From Fibrobacteria bacterium (GTDB taxonomy: Bacteria; Fibrobacterota; Fibrobacteria; UBA11236), in contig DATENA010000247.1 in the NCBI GenBank assembly GCA_035275285.1, positions 241-64,240 on the forward strand: a DNA stretch of 64,000 nt, in the 5' to 3' direction. Of the stretch, positions 27,114 through 34,947 are shown in pieces. Each line of letters starts with the position of its first letter. The stretch's first letter is position 1. The position numbers were made by a program, and so were the translations under genes. Under the pieces are notes generated by a model. It was not told where the DNA came from and made no database searches. It was given only the letters and a program-made list of their open reading frames with translations.

Positions 27114-28367
27114 ATGGCAGACCAATTTTCCCGCAGCCATTCCTTGTGCCGTTTTTGCGAGGAGCCCCTGGAGCAGTCCTTCTGCGACCTGGGGATGGCC
27201 CCTCCCTGCCAGAGCCAGGTGTCCCCGGCGAACGAGAACAAGGCGGAAGCGTTCTACGCCCTGCACGCTTTCGTCTGCAGGAAATGCCTGCTGGTGCAAA
27301 TCCCCGAATACGTCAGCCCTAAGGACATCTTCACCGAGTACGCCTACTTCTCCTCCTTTTCCGATTCCTGGCTCAAGCACGTCAAGGCCTATTCGGACAA
27401 GATGGTGGAGCGGTTCGGCTTCGGCTCCAAGAGCCGGGTGATCGAGCTGGCCAGCAACGACGGCTACCTCCTGCAATGGTTCAAGGAGAAGGGCGTCCCC
27501 GTGCTGGGCGTGGAGCCGGCCGCCAACGTGGCCCAGGCCGCCATCAAGAAGGGCATCCCCACCGTGGTCAAGTTCTTCGGCCGCAAGACCGCGGAGGAGG
27601 TGGCTGTGGAACACGGCAAGGCCGATTTGCTGCTCGGGAACAACGTGCTCGCGCACGTCCCGGACCTGATGGATTTCGTCGGGGGCATGAAGATCCTGCT
27701 CAAGCCGGACGGGATCATCACCATGGAGTTCCCGCACCTTTTGCAGCTCATGGACCAGAACCAGTTCGACACCATCTACCACGAGCATTTCTCCTATTTC
27801 TCCTTCACCGTGGCGGAGAAGGTGTTCGCCTCCCACGGCCTCACCCTTTTCGACGTGGAGGAGCTGCCCACCCACGGAGGTTCCCTGCGCATTTACGGGC
27901 GCCATTCCCAGGACGCGTCCAAGCCGGTGGGCCCGCGCGTCTCCGAGCTCAAGGCCAAGGAGGAAAAAGCGGGCCTCAACAAGCTCGAGGGTTACCTCTC
28001 CTTCGGGGAAAAGGTCAAGGAGACCAAGCGGCAGGTGCTGGATTTCCTCATCCGCGCCAAGCGGGACGGCAAGACCATCGTCCAATACGGGGCCGCGGGA
28101 AAGGCCAATACCCTGCTCAACTATTGCGGCATCCGCAACGATTTCATGGAGTACGCGGTGGACCGCAACCCTTACAAGCAAGGGCATTACCTGCCGGGCT
28201 CGCGCATCCCCGTCTATCCGCCCGACCGGATCAGGGAAACCCAGCCGGACTATCTCTTCATCGGGGTCTGGAACCTCAAGGACGAGATCGTGTCGCAAAC
28301 GTCTTATATCAGGGAATGGGGCGGCAAATGGATCGTGCCCATCCCCCACGTGACCGTGGTGGATTGA
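27114..28367 (+). CDS. class I SAM-dependent methyltransferase with N-terminal Zn-ribbon; sugar C-methyltransferase-like (TylCIII/NovU-like)
   Basis: CRFC...C..C...CRKC zinc-ribbon at the N-terminus, a methyltransferase core (VIELASNDGYLL), and the C-terminal C-methyltransferase-type domain. Lower GC than the neighbours. Confidence 0.7.
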   Translation: MADQFSRSHSLCRFCEEPLEQSFCDLGMAPPCQSQVSPANENKAEAFYALHAFVCRKCLLVQIPEYVSPKDIFTEYAYFSSFSDSWLKHVKAYSDKMVERFGFGSKSRVIELASNDGYLLQWFKEKGVPVLGVEPAANVAQAAIKKGIPTVVKFFGRKTAEEVAVEHGKADLLLGNNVLAHVPDLMDFVGGMKILLKPDGIITMEFPHLLQLMDQNQFDTIYHEHFSYFSFTVAEKVFASHGLTLFDVEELPTHGGSLRIYGRHSQDASKPVGPRVSELKAKEEKAGLNKLEGYLSFGEKVKETKRQVLDFLIRAKRDGKTIVQYGAAGKANTLLNYCGIRNDFMEYAVDRNPYKQGHYLPGSRIPVYPPDRIRETQPDYLFIGVWNLKDEIVSQTSYIREWGGKWIVPIPHVTVVD

Positions 28368-28444
28368 ATCGCATCGGGAAGTATCGGGTTTCGGAAAGAA
28401 CGGGTTTGGGGAGAACAGGTTCGGAAAGATCAGGGGAGTCGCAG

Positions 28445-29467
28445 ATGAAGGTTTTGGTGACGGGCACGGACGGATACATCGGAGTGATGCTGGGACCCGT
28501 GCTGCAAGAACGCGGCCATCAAGTGACCGGGCTGGACACCGGCTATTACCGGGACGGATGGCTGTACGACGGCGCCAAGCCCCTGGCCCATACCATCCGG
28601 AAGGACATCCGCCACATCACCGAGAAGGACCTGGAAGGCTTCGACGCCGTGGCCCATCTGGCCGAGCTGTCCAACGATCCCCTGGGCCAGCTCAACCCGG
28701 ACATCACCTACAAGATCAACCACCAGGGCAGCGTGGAGCTGGCCCGCAAGGCCAAGGCCGCCGGCGTCAGGCGTTTCGTCTACACCTCCTCCTGCAGCGT
28801 GTACGGCCTGGGCTCGGACGAGTACCGCACCGAGCTGTCGGAGACGGCCCCGCAAACCGCCTACGCCAAGTGCAAGGTGATGGTCGAGCGGGACGTGGCC
28901 CTGCTGGCCGCCCCGGGCTTCTCGCCCACCTATCTGCGCAACGCCACCGCCTACGGGCCCTCGCCGCGCATGCGCTTCGACATCGTGGTCAACAACCTCT
29001 CCGCCCTGGCCTGGACCACCCGGGAAATCAAGATGACCAGCGACGGCACGCCCTGGCGGCCCCTGGTACACCTGCTGGACATCTGCCAGGCCGTGGCCTG
29101 CTGCCTGGAGGCGCCCAAGGAGGCGGTCCACAACGAGATCTTCAACGTGGGCAACACGGAAGACAATTACCGCGTCAGGGAAATCGCCGAAATCGTGGCG
29201 CAGACCTTCCCCGGCTGCAGGCTCAGCTTCGGCAAGGTCGATCCGGACAACCGCAGCTACCGCGTCTCCTTCGAGAAGATCAAGGACAGGCTGCCGGGCT
29301 TCAAGACCAAGTACCGGGCCGGCGACGGCGCGGCGCAATTGAAGGAGGTCTTCGAGAAGATCGCCTTCAACGACGACACCTTCAAGTTCCGGGCCTTCAC
29401 CCGCCTCAAGCAGCTGGAGCACCTGATCGGGACGGGCAAGCTGGACAACGACTTCTTCTGGAAATGA
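28445..29467 (+). CDS. NAD-dependent epimerase/dehydratase (SDR family, CDP/NDP-sugar modifying)
   Basis: MKVLVTGTDGYIGV carries the GxxGxxG Rossmann motif. YxxxK (YAKCK) is present. 340 aa. Confidence 0.85.
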   Translation: MKVLVTGTDGYIGVMLGPVLQERGHQVTGLDTGYYRDGWLYDGAKPLAHTIRKDIRHITEKDLEGFDAVAHLAELSNDPLGQLNPDITYKINHQGSVELARKAKAAGVRRFVYTSSCSVYGLGSDEYRTELSETAPQTAYAKCKVMVERDVALLAAPGFSPTYLRNATAYGPSPRMRFDIVVNNLSALAWTTREIKMTSDGTPWRPLVHLLDICQAVACCLEAPKEAVHNEIFNVGNTEDNYRVREIAEIVAQTFPGCRLSFGKVDPDNRSYRVSFEKIKDRLPGFKTKYRAGDGAAQLKEVFEKIAFNDDTFKFRAFTRLKQLEHLIGTGKLDNDFFWK

Positions 29468-30792
29468 TCCCGGAAGGATCCATGCGGATTGACGGCGTTC
29501 TGGAAAGCTTCGATTTCCAAGCCGCGGGGATGCGCATGCACGCCCTGGCCGGGCGCCTCTATCCCATCTGCCGCAGCATCACCGGCGCCGGCCTGCGGGA
29601 GACCCTGGGCGTGATCGGGGAGAAGATCCCGCTCATCCGCCATGAAGTCCCTTCCGGCACGGAGGTCTTCGATTGGACCGTTCCCAAGGAATGGAACATC
29701 CGCGACGCCTGGATCAAGGGGCCGGGAGGCGGGAAGATCGTGGACTTCCGCGCCTCCAATCTCCACGTGGTGGGCTACAGCACGCCCGTGCGCGCCACCC
29801 TGAGCCTGGCCGAACTCAAGCCCCATCTCCACTCCCTGCCCGATCATCCCGACTGGATCCCGTACCGATCCTCTTATTACAAGGAGGCGTGGGGTTTCTG
29901 CCTCAGCCATAGGCAATTGCAATCGCTCCCCGAAGGCGATTACGAGGTGTGCATCGATTCCACCCTCGCCGACGGGCATCTCACCTATGCCGAGTGCTTC
30001 CTGCCCGGCGAAACGGCGGACGAAGTGGTCCTGTTCGCCCACACCTGCCACCCCTCCCTGGCCAACGACAACCTTTCCGGCATCGCCGTGGCCGTGGAAA
30101 TGGCCGCGGCCCTGGGGCGCGCGCCGCGCCGCTACGGGTACCGGTTCCTCTTCTGCCCCACCGTCATCGGACCCATCACCTGGCTGGCGCGCAACGAGGC
30201 GGACGTCTCCCGCATCCGGCACGGCCTGGTGCTGGCCCTGCTGGGGGACGCGGGCGCGCTCACCTACAAGAAGAGCCGCCGCGGGGACGCCGCCATCGAC
30301 AAGGCCATGGCCCACGTGCTCAGGCATTCGGGGAGCGCGCACAGCGTGCGCGAGTTCACCCCGTACGGCTACGATGAGCGGCAGTTCTGCTCGCCGGGCT
30401 TCAACCTGCCCATGGGATGCCTGATGCGTTCGCCCAACGGCACCTTCCCGGAATACCATTCCTCCGGGGACGACCTCGATTTCATCAAGCCCCAGGCCCT
30501 GGCGGAATCGCTGCGCGTCTGCCTGCGCGCCGTGGCCGTGCTCGAGGGGGACGGCAAATACCTGAACCAGAACCCCAAATGCGAGCCCAGGCTGGGCAAG
30601 CGCGGGATCTACGAGGGCCTCAAGGGCAAGGCGGCCCTGAGCGACGCGGAACTTTCGCTGCTGTGGATCCTCAACTTCTCCGACGGAGGCCACAGCCTGC
30701 TCGACATCGCGGAGCGCTCGGGTTTCCCTTTCGAATCCATTCGCGGCGCCGCGGACGTCCTCGAAGGATGCGGGCTGCTGAAGGCGTCCTGA
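29464..30792 (+). CDS. DUF4910 / aminopeptidase-like domain protein (Zn-peptidase fold) commonly embedded in O-antigen/CDP-sugar clusters
   Basis: ATGA overlap with the epimerase stop; an alternative ATG lies at 29482. 442 aa. Family assignment is from memory of its recurrent co-occurrence with C-methyltransferase and RfbF. Confidence 0.5.
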   Translation: MIPEGSMRIDGVLESFDFQAAGMRMHALAGRLYPICRSITGAGLRETLGVIGEKIPLIRHEVPSGTEVFDWTVPKEWNIRDAWIKGPGGGKIVDFRASNLHVVGYSTPVRATLSLAELKPHLHSLPDHPDWIPYRSSYYKEAWGFCLSHRQLQSLPEGDYEVCIDSTLADGHLTYAECFLPGETADEVVLFAHTCHPSLANDNLSGIAVAVEMAAALGRAPRRYGYRFLFCPTVIGPITWLARNEADVSRIRHGLVLALLGDAGALTYKKSRRGDAAIDKAMAHVLRHSGSAHSVREFTPYGYDERQFCSPGFNLPMGCLMRSPNGTFPEYHSSGDDLDFIKPQALAESLRVCLRAVAVLEGDGKYLNQNPKCEPRLGKRGIYEGLKGKAALSDAELSLLWILNFSDGGHSLLDIAERSGFPFESIRGAADVLEGCGLLKAS

Positions 30793-30817
30793 TACCCAGA
30801 CAAACGGAGGATTTTCC

Positions 30818-31600
30818 ATGAAGGTTGTTCTTTTCTGCGGAGGGCTCGGCATGCGGTTGCGCGAGGTTTCCGAAAGCACGCCCAAGCCCATGGTCCCCAT
30901 CGGCTATCGCCCCATCATCTGGCATCTGATGAAGTACTACGCGCATTTCGGCCACAAGGAATTCATCCTGGCCCTGGGCCACAAAGCGGACATGTTCAAG
31001 AGCTATTTCCTGAACTACCAGGAATGGCTGTCCAACGATTTCACCCTGGACGGAAGGACCGGCCAGCCGACCCTGCTCCACACGGACATCCACGATTGGA
31101 AGATCACCTTCGTGGACACGGGGGCGCAATCCAACATCGGCATGCGGCTCAAGGCGGTGGAAAAGCACGTGATCGAGGACGATGCCTTCCTGGCCAATTA
31201 CAGCGACGGCCTGACCGACATGCCCCTGAACCAGCTCACCGACTTCTTCCGCAAGAAGGACAAGATCGCCACCTTCATGAGCGTGCACACCGGCCAGAGC
31301 TTCCATACCGTGACCATGAAACCCGACGGCATCGTGGAAAGCATCCAGGACATGTCCTCCGCGGGGCTGACCATCAACGGCGGGTTCTTCGCCTTCAAGC
31401 GCGAGATCTTCGACTACATCCGCCACGGCGAGGAACTGGTCCACGAACCGTTCCAGCGCCTGATCGCGAAGGGGGAGCTGACCGCCTTCCAGCACAACGG
31501 TTTCTGGGGCTGCATGGACACCTTCAAGGACAAGCAGCGCCTGGACGATCTGTACGCCAAGGGCAATGCGCCCTGGGAAGTCTGGAACCAGAAACAGTGA
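30818..31600 (+). CDS. rfbF: glucose-1-phosphate cytidylyltransferase
   Basis: MKVVLFCGGLGMRLRE...PKPMVPIG nucleotidyltransferase N-terminus. 260 aa, typical RfbF length. Confidence 0.85.
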   Translation: MKVVLFCGGLGMRLREVSESTPKPMVPIGYRPIIWHLMKYYAHFGHKEFILALGHKADMFKSYFLNYQEWLSNDFTLDGRTGQPTLLHTDIHDWKITFVDTGAQSNIGMRLKAVEKHVIEDDAFLANYSDGLTDMPLNQLTDFFRKKDKIATFMSVHTGQSFHTVTMKPDGIVESIQDMSSAGLTINGGFFAFKREIFDYIRHGEELVHEPFQRLIAKGELTAFQHNGFWGCMDTFKDKQRLDDLYAKGNAPWEVWNQKQ

Positions 31601-31607
31601 GGACTCC

Positions 31608-32249
31608 ATGCTGACCACGGGCCTGCCGGGCTTGTCCAAGGTGCTGTGCCTGGGAGCCCATTGCGACGACATCGAGATTGGCTGCGGCGGCACGGTGCTC
31701 CGGCTCCTGCAAGAGCATCCGGGCCTGGAGGTCGCCTGGGTCGTCTTCGCCTCCAACCCCGCCCGGGCCCTGGAGGCGGAAAAGGCGGCCGGCCTGTTCC
31801 TCGCGGGGGCGGGCCGGAAGCAGGTGGTGATCAAAGCGTTCCGGGACGGCTTCCTCCCTTATACGGGCGCCCAGGTCAAGGATGAGTTCGAGGCCATCAA
31901 GGCCCTGGTCAGGCCCGATCTCATCCTCACCCATTACCGCCACGATTTGCACCAGGACCATCGCCTGGTCTCGGAGCTCACCTGGAACACCTGGCGGGAC
32001 CATCTCATCTGGGAATACGAGATCCCCAAATACGACGGGGACATGGGCATCCCCAACGGGTTCGTGGCCTTGGAGGAACCCCTGCTGCGGCGCAAGGTGG
32101 AACTGATCCGGGACTGTTATCCCACCCAATGGGGCAAGAACTGGTTCGACGAGGAAACCTTCTTCAGCCTGGCGCGGCTGCGGGGCATGGAATGCCAATC
32201 CCCGTCCCGCTACGCGGAAGCCTTCCACTGCCGCAAAATCCGCCTGTAA
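31608..32249 (+). CDS. PIG-L family deacetylase (LmbE-like)
   Basis: KVLCLGAHCDDIEIGCGGT motif (AHxDD). 213 aa. GAGGA RBS. Confidence 0.8.
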   Translation: MLTTGLPGLSKVLCLGAHCDDIEIGCGGTVLRLLQEHPGLEVAWVVFASNPARALEAEKAAGLFLAGAGRKQVVIKAFRDGFLPYTGAQVKDEFEAIKALVRPDLILTHYRHDLHQDHRLVSELTWNTWRDHLIWEYEIPKYDGDMGIPNGFVALEEPLLRRKVELIRDCYPTQWGKNWFDEETFFSLARLRGMECQSPSRYAEAFHCRKIRL

Positions 32250-32330
32250 GGAGCGGACGCCTTTCCGCGGACAAGGCGGCGCCCAACAAGGCAGGCGGAA
32301 TCAAAAGCGGACGGAACAAGCGGACGGAAC

Positions 32331-32363
32331 AAAAAAAAGCGGAGGGGAAACCCTCCGCTTTCC
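32331..32363. terminator. bidirectional Rho-independent terminator (A8 - GCGGAGGG gaaa CCCTCCGC - TTT)
   Basis: An 8-bp GC stem with a GAAA loop, flanked by AAAAAAAA on the plus side. That run becomes a U8 tract for the minus-strand PEP-CTERM transcript. It sits between convergent genes. Confidence 0.6.
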
Positions 32364-32387
32364 ATTTCGAGTTGCCATCCGAAACCG

Positions 32388-32482
32388 GCGCTTTAAGTGG
32401 ACCGGTGCCTTAAGTGGACCGGTGCCTTAAGCGGCACCTACACCTTAAGCGATCCAACACCTTAAGCGGTTGGCCGCTTAGG
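32388..32482. repeat. five tandem ~17-18-bp repeats, each containing CCTTAAG(C/T)GG, in the 3' UTR of the PEP-CTERM gene
   Basis: gcTTTAAGtggaccggtgCCTTAAGtggaccggtgCCTTAAGcggcacctacaCCTTAAGcgatccaacaCCTTAAGcggttggccgCTTAGG. The last copy forms a hairpin with the stop-codon region. Confidence 0.55.
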
Positions 32483-33182
32483 CCTTCTTGCGGCGGGCGG
32501 CGAACACCAGGCCGACGAGGCCCAGGCCCATCAGGCCCATGGTGGTGGGTTCCGGAACCGGCTGGACCGATTCCACCATCAGCACCATGTCGTCGAAGTC
32601 GTTGTCGCCCTCGGCCACGTCTTCCCAGCCCAGGACGTATTCGTTCGGCACCCATTCGCCGGAGGAGAGGGTGGGGAGGGTGACCAGGTCGCCCTTGCCC
32701 TGGAAGGAGACCAAATGGTCCTTGCCGCCGGGGTTCAGCGCGTCATCGGAATAGAAGGTGCCGCCGGGGCCCTGCAGGAAGTACCCGAAGTCATGGCTGG
32801 CGAAGACCACGCCCGTGGGCTGGAAATTGATGTAGACGGCGCCGGAGGCCTTGATGGACACGGCGGCTTGGTCACCGCCGGTGGCGGCGCCGTTGAACAG
32901 GATGACCTTGTTGGCCGGGTTGGCCACGTCATACAAGCCGAAGACGTTTTCCGAATGGAAACCCGCGACTTCGATGATCATGGTGGCGGCGGAGGTCCCG
33001 GAAGCGGTCAACTGCCAGTATTTGTCCAGCGCGATTTGGTCGGCGTTGACATCGACGCTGCTCGTGCCGTCATTGGTGATGCCGTTGAGGATGTTCTGCA
33101 GGCTGGGTCCATTGATGGTGGTGGCGAAAGACGCCCCAACCAAGGCCAAGGTCGCCAGCAGGCTGAGCTTCAAGTTCTTCAT
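32478..33182 (-). CDS. PEP-CTERM sorting-domain protein (exosortase substrate), DUF4114-like N-terminal domain
   Basis: Signal peptide MKNLKLSLLATLALVGASFA. C-terminus VPEPTTMGLMGLGLVGLVFAARRKKA is a PEP motif + TM helix + Arg/Lys cluster. Confidence 0.9.
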   Translation of the reverse strand: MKNLKLSLLATLALVGASFATTINGPSLQNILNGITNDGTSSVDVNADQIALDKYWQLTASGTSAATMIIEVAGFHSENVFGLYDVANPANKVILFNGAATGGDQAAVSIKASGAVYINFQPTGVVFASHDFGYFLQGPGGTFYSDDALNPGGKDHLVSFQGKGDLVTLPTLSSGEWVPNEYVLGWEDVAEGDNDFDDMVLMVESVQPVPEPTTMGLMGLGLVGLVFAARRKKA

Positions 33183-33221
33183 TCATTAACCTTTCGAAAT
33201 GTTCGGATACACCCTTAAATA

Positions 33222-33236
33222 GCGAAAGATGTGCCA
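33222..33236 (-). promoter_or_regulatory. sigma-54 (-24/-12) promoter candidate for the PEP-CTERM gene: TGGCACatcttTCGC
   Basis: The minus strand reads TGGCAC-N5-TCGC, with the GG-N10-GC spacing exact and one mismatch to TTGC. It lies about 40 nt upstream of the start codon in an AT-rich leader. A sigma-54 activator (PrsR) is encoded in the locus. Coordinates are +/-1. Confidence 0.4.
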
Positions 33237-33390
33237 ATAAAATATGGCTATTCCTGAAGGAAAGTGACGGTTGTAGACAACTGTTTGTAAGAAAATCCGG
33301 CACACCAGATGTTTCTTTACAATTCCAGGCCCCGGAAAACCTATGCAAATGGCCATGCCCCAAGGATTTAGAGAAGAAATTTTAGCGGAT

Positions 33391-34029
33391 TTAGGGTAGG
33401 TTTCGACCCAGCTCGGGAAGCAGAAAATGCGTGAAATCCTCCAATCGGGCCTGGACCTGCGCCTGGCTTTCGCCCCGCACCTCCGGGGTCAATAACCGCA
33501 CCAGGGAGGCCCCCCGGGTTTTTTCCCCGATCAGTCCTCCCAGGAACATCAGCAGGCTGGAACGCAAATAAGCCGCGGTATAGATGTCCCCGATCTTGTA
33601 CCAGTAACAAACCCATTGCCTGCGCTCGTGAAGGTCGATGGAAATCAGTTTGCCCAACACCCGGTTACTGTCCAGGTTGATATCTTTGATGCTTCCCACC
33701 ATCGCCCCGGCCCCGCGCAGGCAGGCTTCCTGGGCATGGGCGGACTTGCGGCTGCTATGGGAGATATAGGCTACGACCAGTTCCACGTAATTCCGGCCAT
33801 TGGAATAAGTCCGCTTGATGATATCGGTGGTTTCCAATCCCTGGACCTCCGCCGGCGAAGCGGGCGCTTCTTCCACCAGCTCCCATTCCCCGATGCGGGA
33901 AGGGATATTGCGGGTCAACTCGGTCTTGCCGGCGACCGTCTGGCGGAACAGCACGGTGTTGGACAGCCACGCGGACACGGCCATCGCCGCCAGGGCGGCC
34001 AGGATCCAGAACCTCTCCGGGCCGGGCTT
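33391..34029 (-). CDS. epsI: EpsI family protein (exosortase-associated); start codon unresolved
   Basis: The C-terminal ~205 aa of ORF 33391..34359 are a convincing EpsI: an N-terminal TM helix (FWILAALAAMAVSAWL) followed by a periplasmic domain. There is no in-frame ATG/GTG/TTG between the exosortase stop and the TM helix. The ORF frame continues upstream through the exosortase 3' end in the -1 frame. Confidence 0.7.
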   Translation of the reverse strand, partial: KPGPERFWILAALAAMAVSAWLSNTVLFRQTVAGKTELTRNIPSRIGEWELVEEAPASPAEVQGLETTDIIKRTYSNGRNYVELVVAYISHSSRKSAHAQEACLRGAGAMVGSIKDINLDSNRVLGKLISIDLHERRQWVCYWYKIGDIYTAAYLRSSLLMFLGGLIGEKTRGASLVRLLTPEVRGESQAQVQARLEDFTHFLLPELGRNLP

Positions 34030-34931
34030 CAGGGAGCCGCCTTGGAAGAAGAGGCCGCTTGGATCCGTTCCAAGAGATGGCTCGCCCCGTACAGGCAGGC
34101 GAAGGCGGCGATGAAGATTACGGCCCCGGTGAACAAGTGCAGGTCCCAGGAGCCGATCAAGGGTTGGAACACCTTTTTCTGCCCGAACCCGATGACCAGG
34201 CATGAGACCAGGAAGATGCGGATCCCGTTCCCCACGATGGCCGCGGGAACCGACGTGCACAGGACGGCCAGCACGTGGGCCTTGCCTCTGGAGCGGATCA
34301 ACCACGCGTACAATACGCCCAGGGAGAGCAAGGCGAGCAGGCTCCGCAGTCCGGAACACACGTCGCCGACGGCGAGCTTCTCGTCCCCGAAAATCATGTA
34401 GGAGCCCTGGCGGATGGCCGGCAGGCCGATCAGGTTCAGGAGCCCGGTGGCCAAATCCGCGGCCATGAGCTTCAGGGAGAAATTCATCTTGCTGATCACG
34501 AACTCCGGAGGCGGGACCATGAACGCCAGGAAAAGGATGGGAAACCAGGCGGCCTTGGCCACGGGCGGGCCGGACACCAGCAATACGAAACCGAGCAGCA
34601 CCGGCACCAGGGTAAGGCCGGATAGGGAGGACACGTCCGCCATGCCGGCCACCAGATGCAGCATCAAGCCGGACAGCAGCGGAAAAAAGCCGAGAGGCGT
34701 GCCCGCGCCGGGAGCGCTTGCCAGCCTGGAGCGCTCCTGCCAGAGCAGAAACGCGGAAACGGGAGGGATGAGCCAGCCATGGGCCATGTAGGATTCGGGC
34801 TCATCCCACCGCTCGACCATCCATTTCAGGGTGGGGAAATAGGCGGCGGGAAGCAGGAAGGCGAAGGAAACCCAGGCGAAGAGCCGGAAGGATGCGGTCA
34901 CGCGCGCGGCGGATCCGGGGGAAGGCTGCAT
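34029..34931 (-). CDS. xrtA: exosortase (EpsH/XrtA family)
   Basis: ATG at 34931 with a GAAGGAG RBS, 16 nt after the PrsT stop. Conserved Cys motif VGDVCSGLRSL, the GNGIRI motif, and 8 TM helices are present. 300 aa. Confidence 0.9.
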   Translation of the reverse strand: MQPSPGSAARVTASFRLFAWVSFAFLLPAAYFPTLKWMVERWDEPESYMAHGWLIPPVSAFLLWQERSRLASAPGAGTPLGFFPLLSGLMLHLVAGMADVSSLSGLTLVPVLLGFVLLVSGPPVAKAAWFPILFLAFMVPPPEFVISKMNFSLKLMAADLATGLLNLIGLPAIRQGSYMIFGDEKLAVGDVCSGLRSLLALLSLGVLYAWLIRSRGKAHVLAVLCTSVPAAIVGNGIRIFLVSCLVIGFGQKKVFQPLIGSWDLHLFTGAVIFIAAFACLYGASHLLERIQAASSSKAAP

Positions 34932-34947
34932 CAGGCCCGCATCTCCT

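Noticed and set aside
32388-32482. CRISPR array hypothesis for the CCTTAAG tandem repeats
   Set aside because: The units are only ~17 bp and directly abutting with no spacers. They are too short and too few for a CRISPR array, and no cas genes are present in the window.
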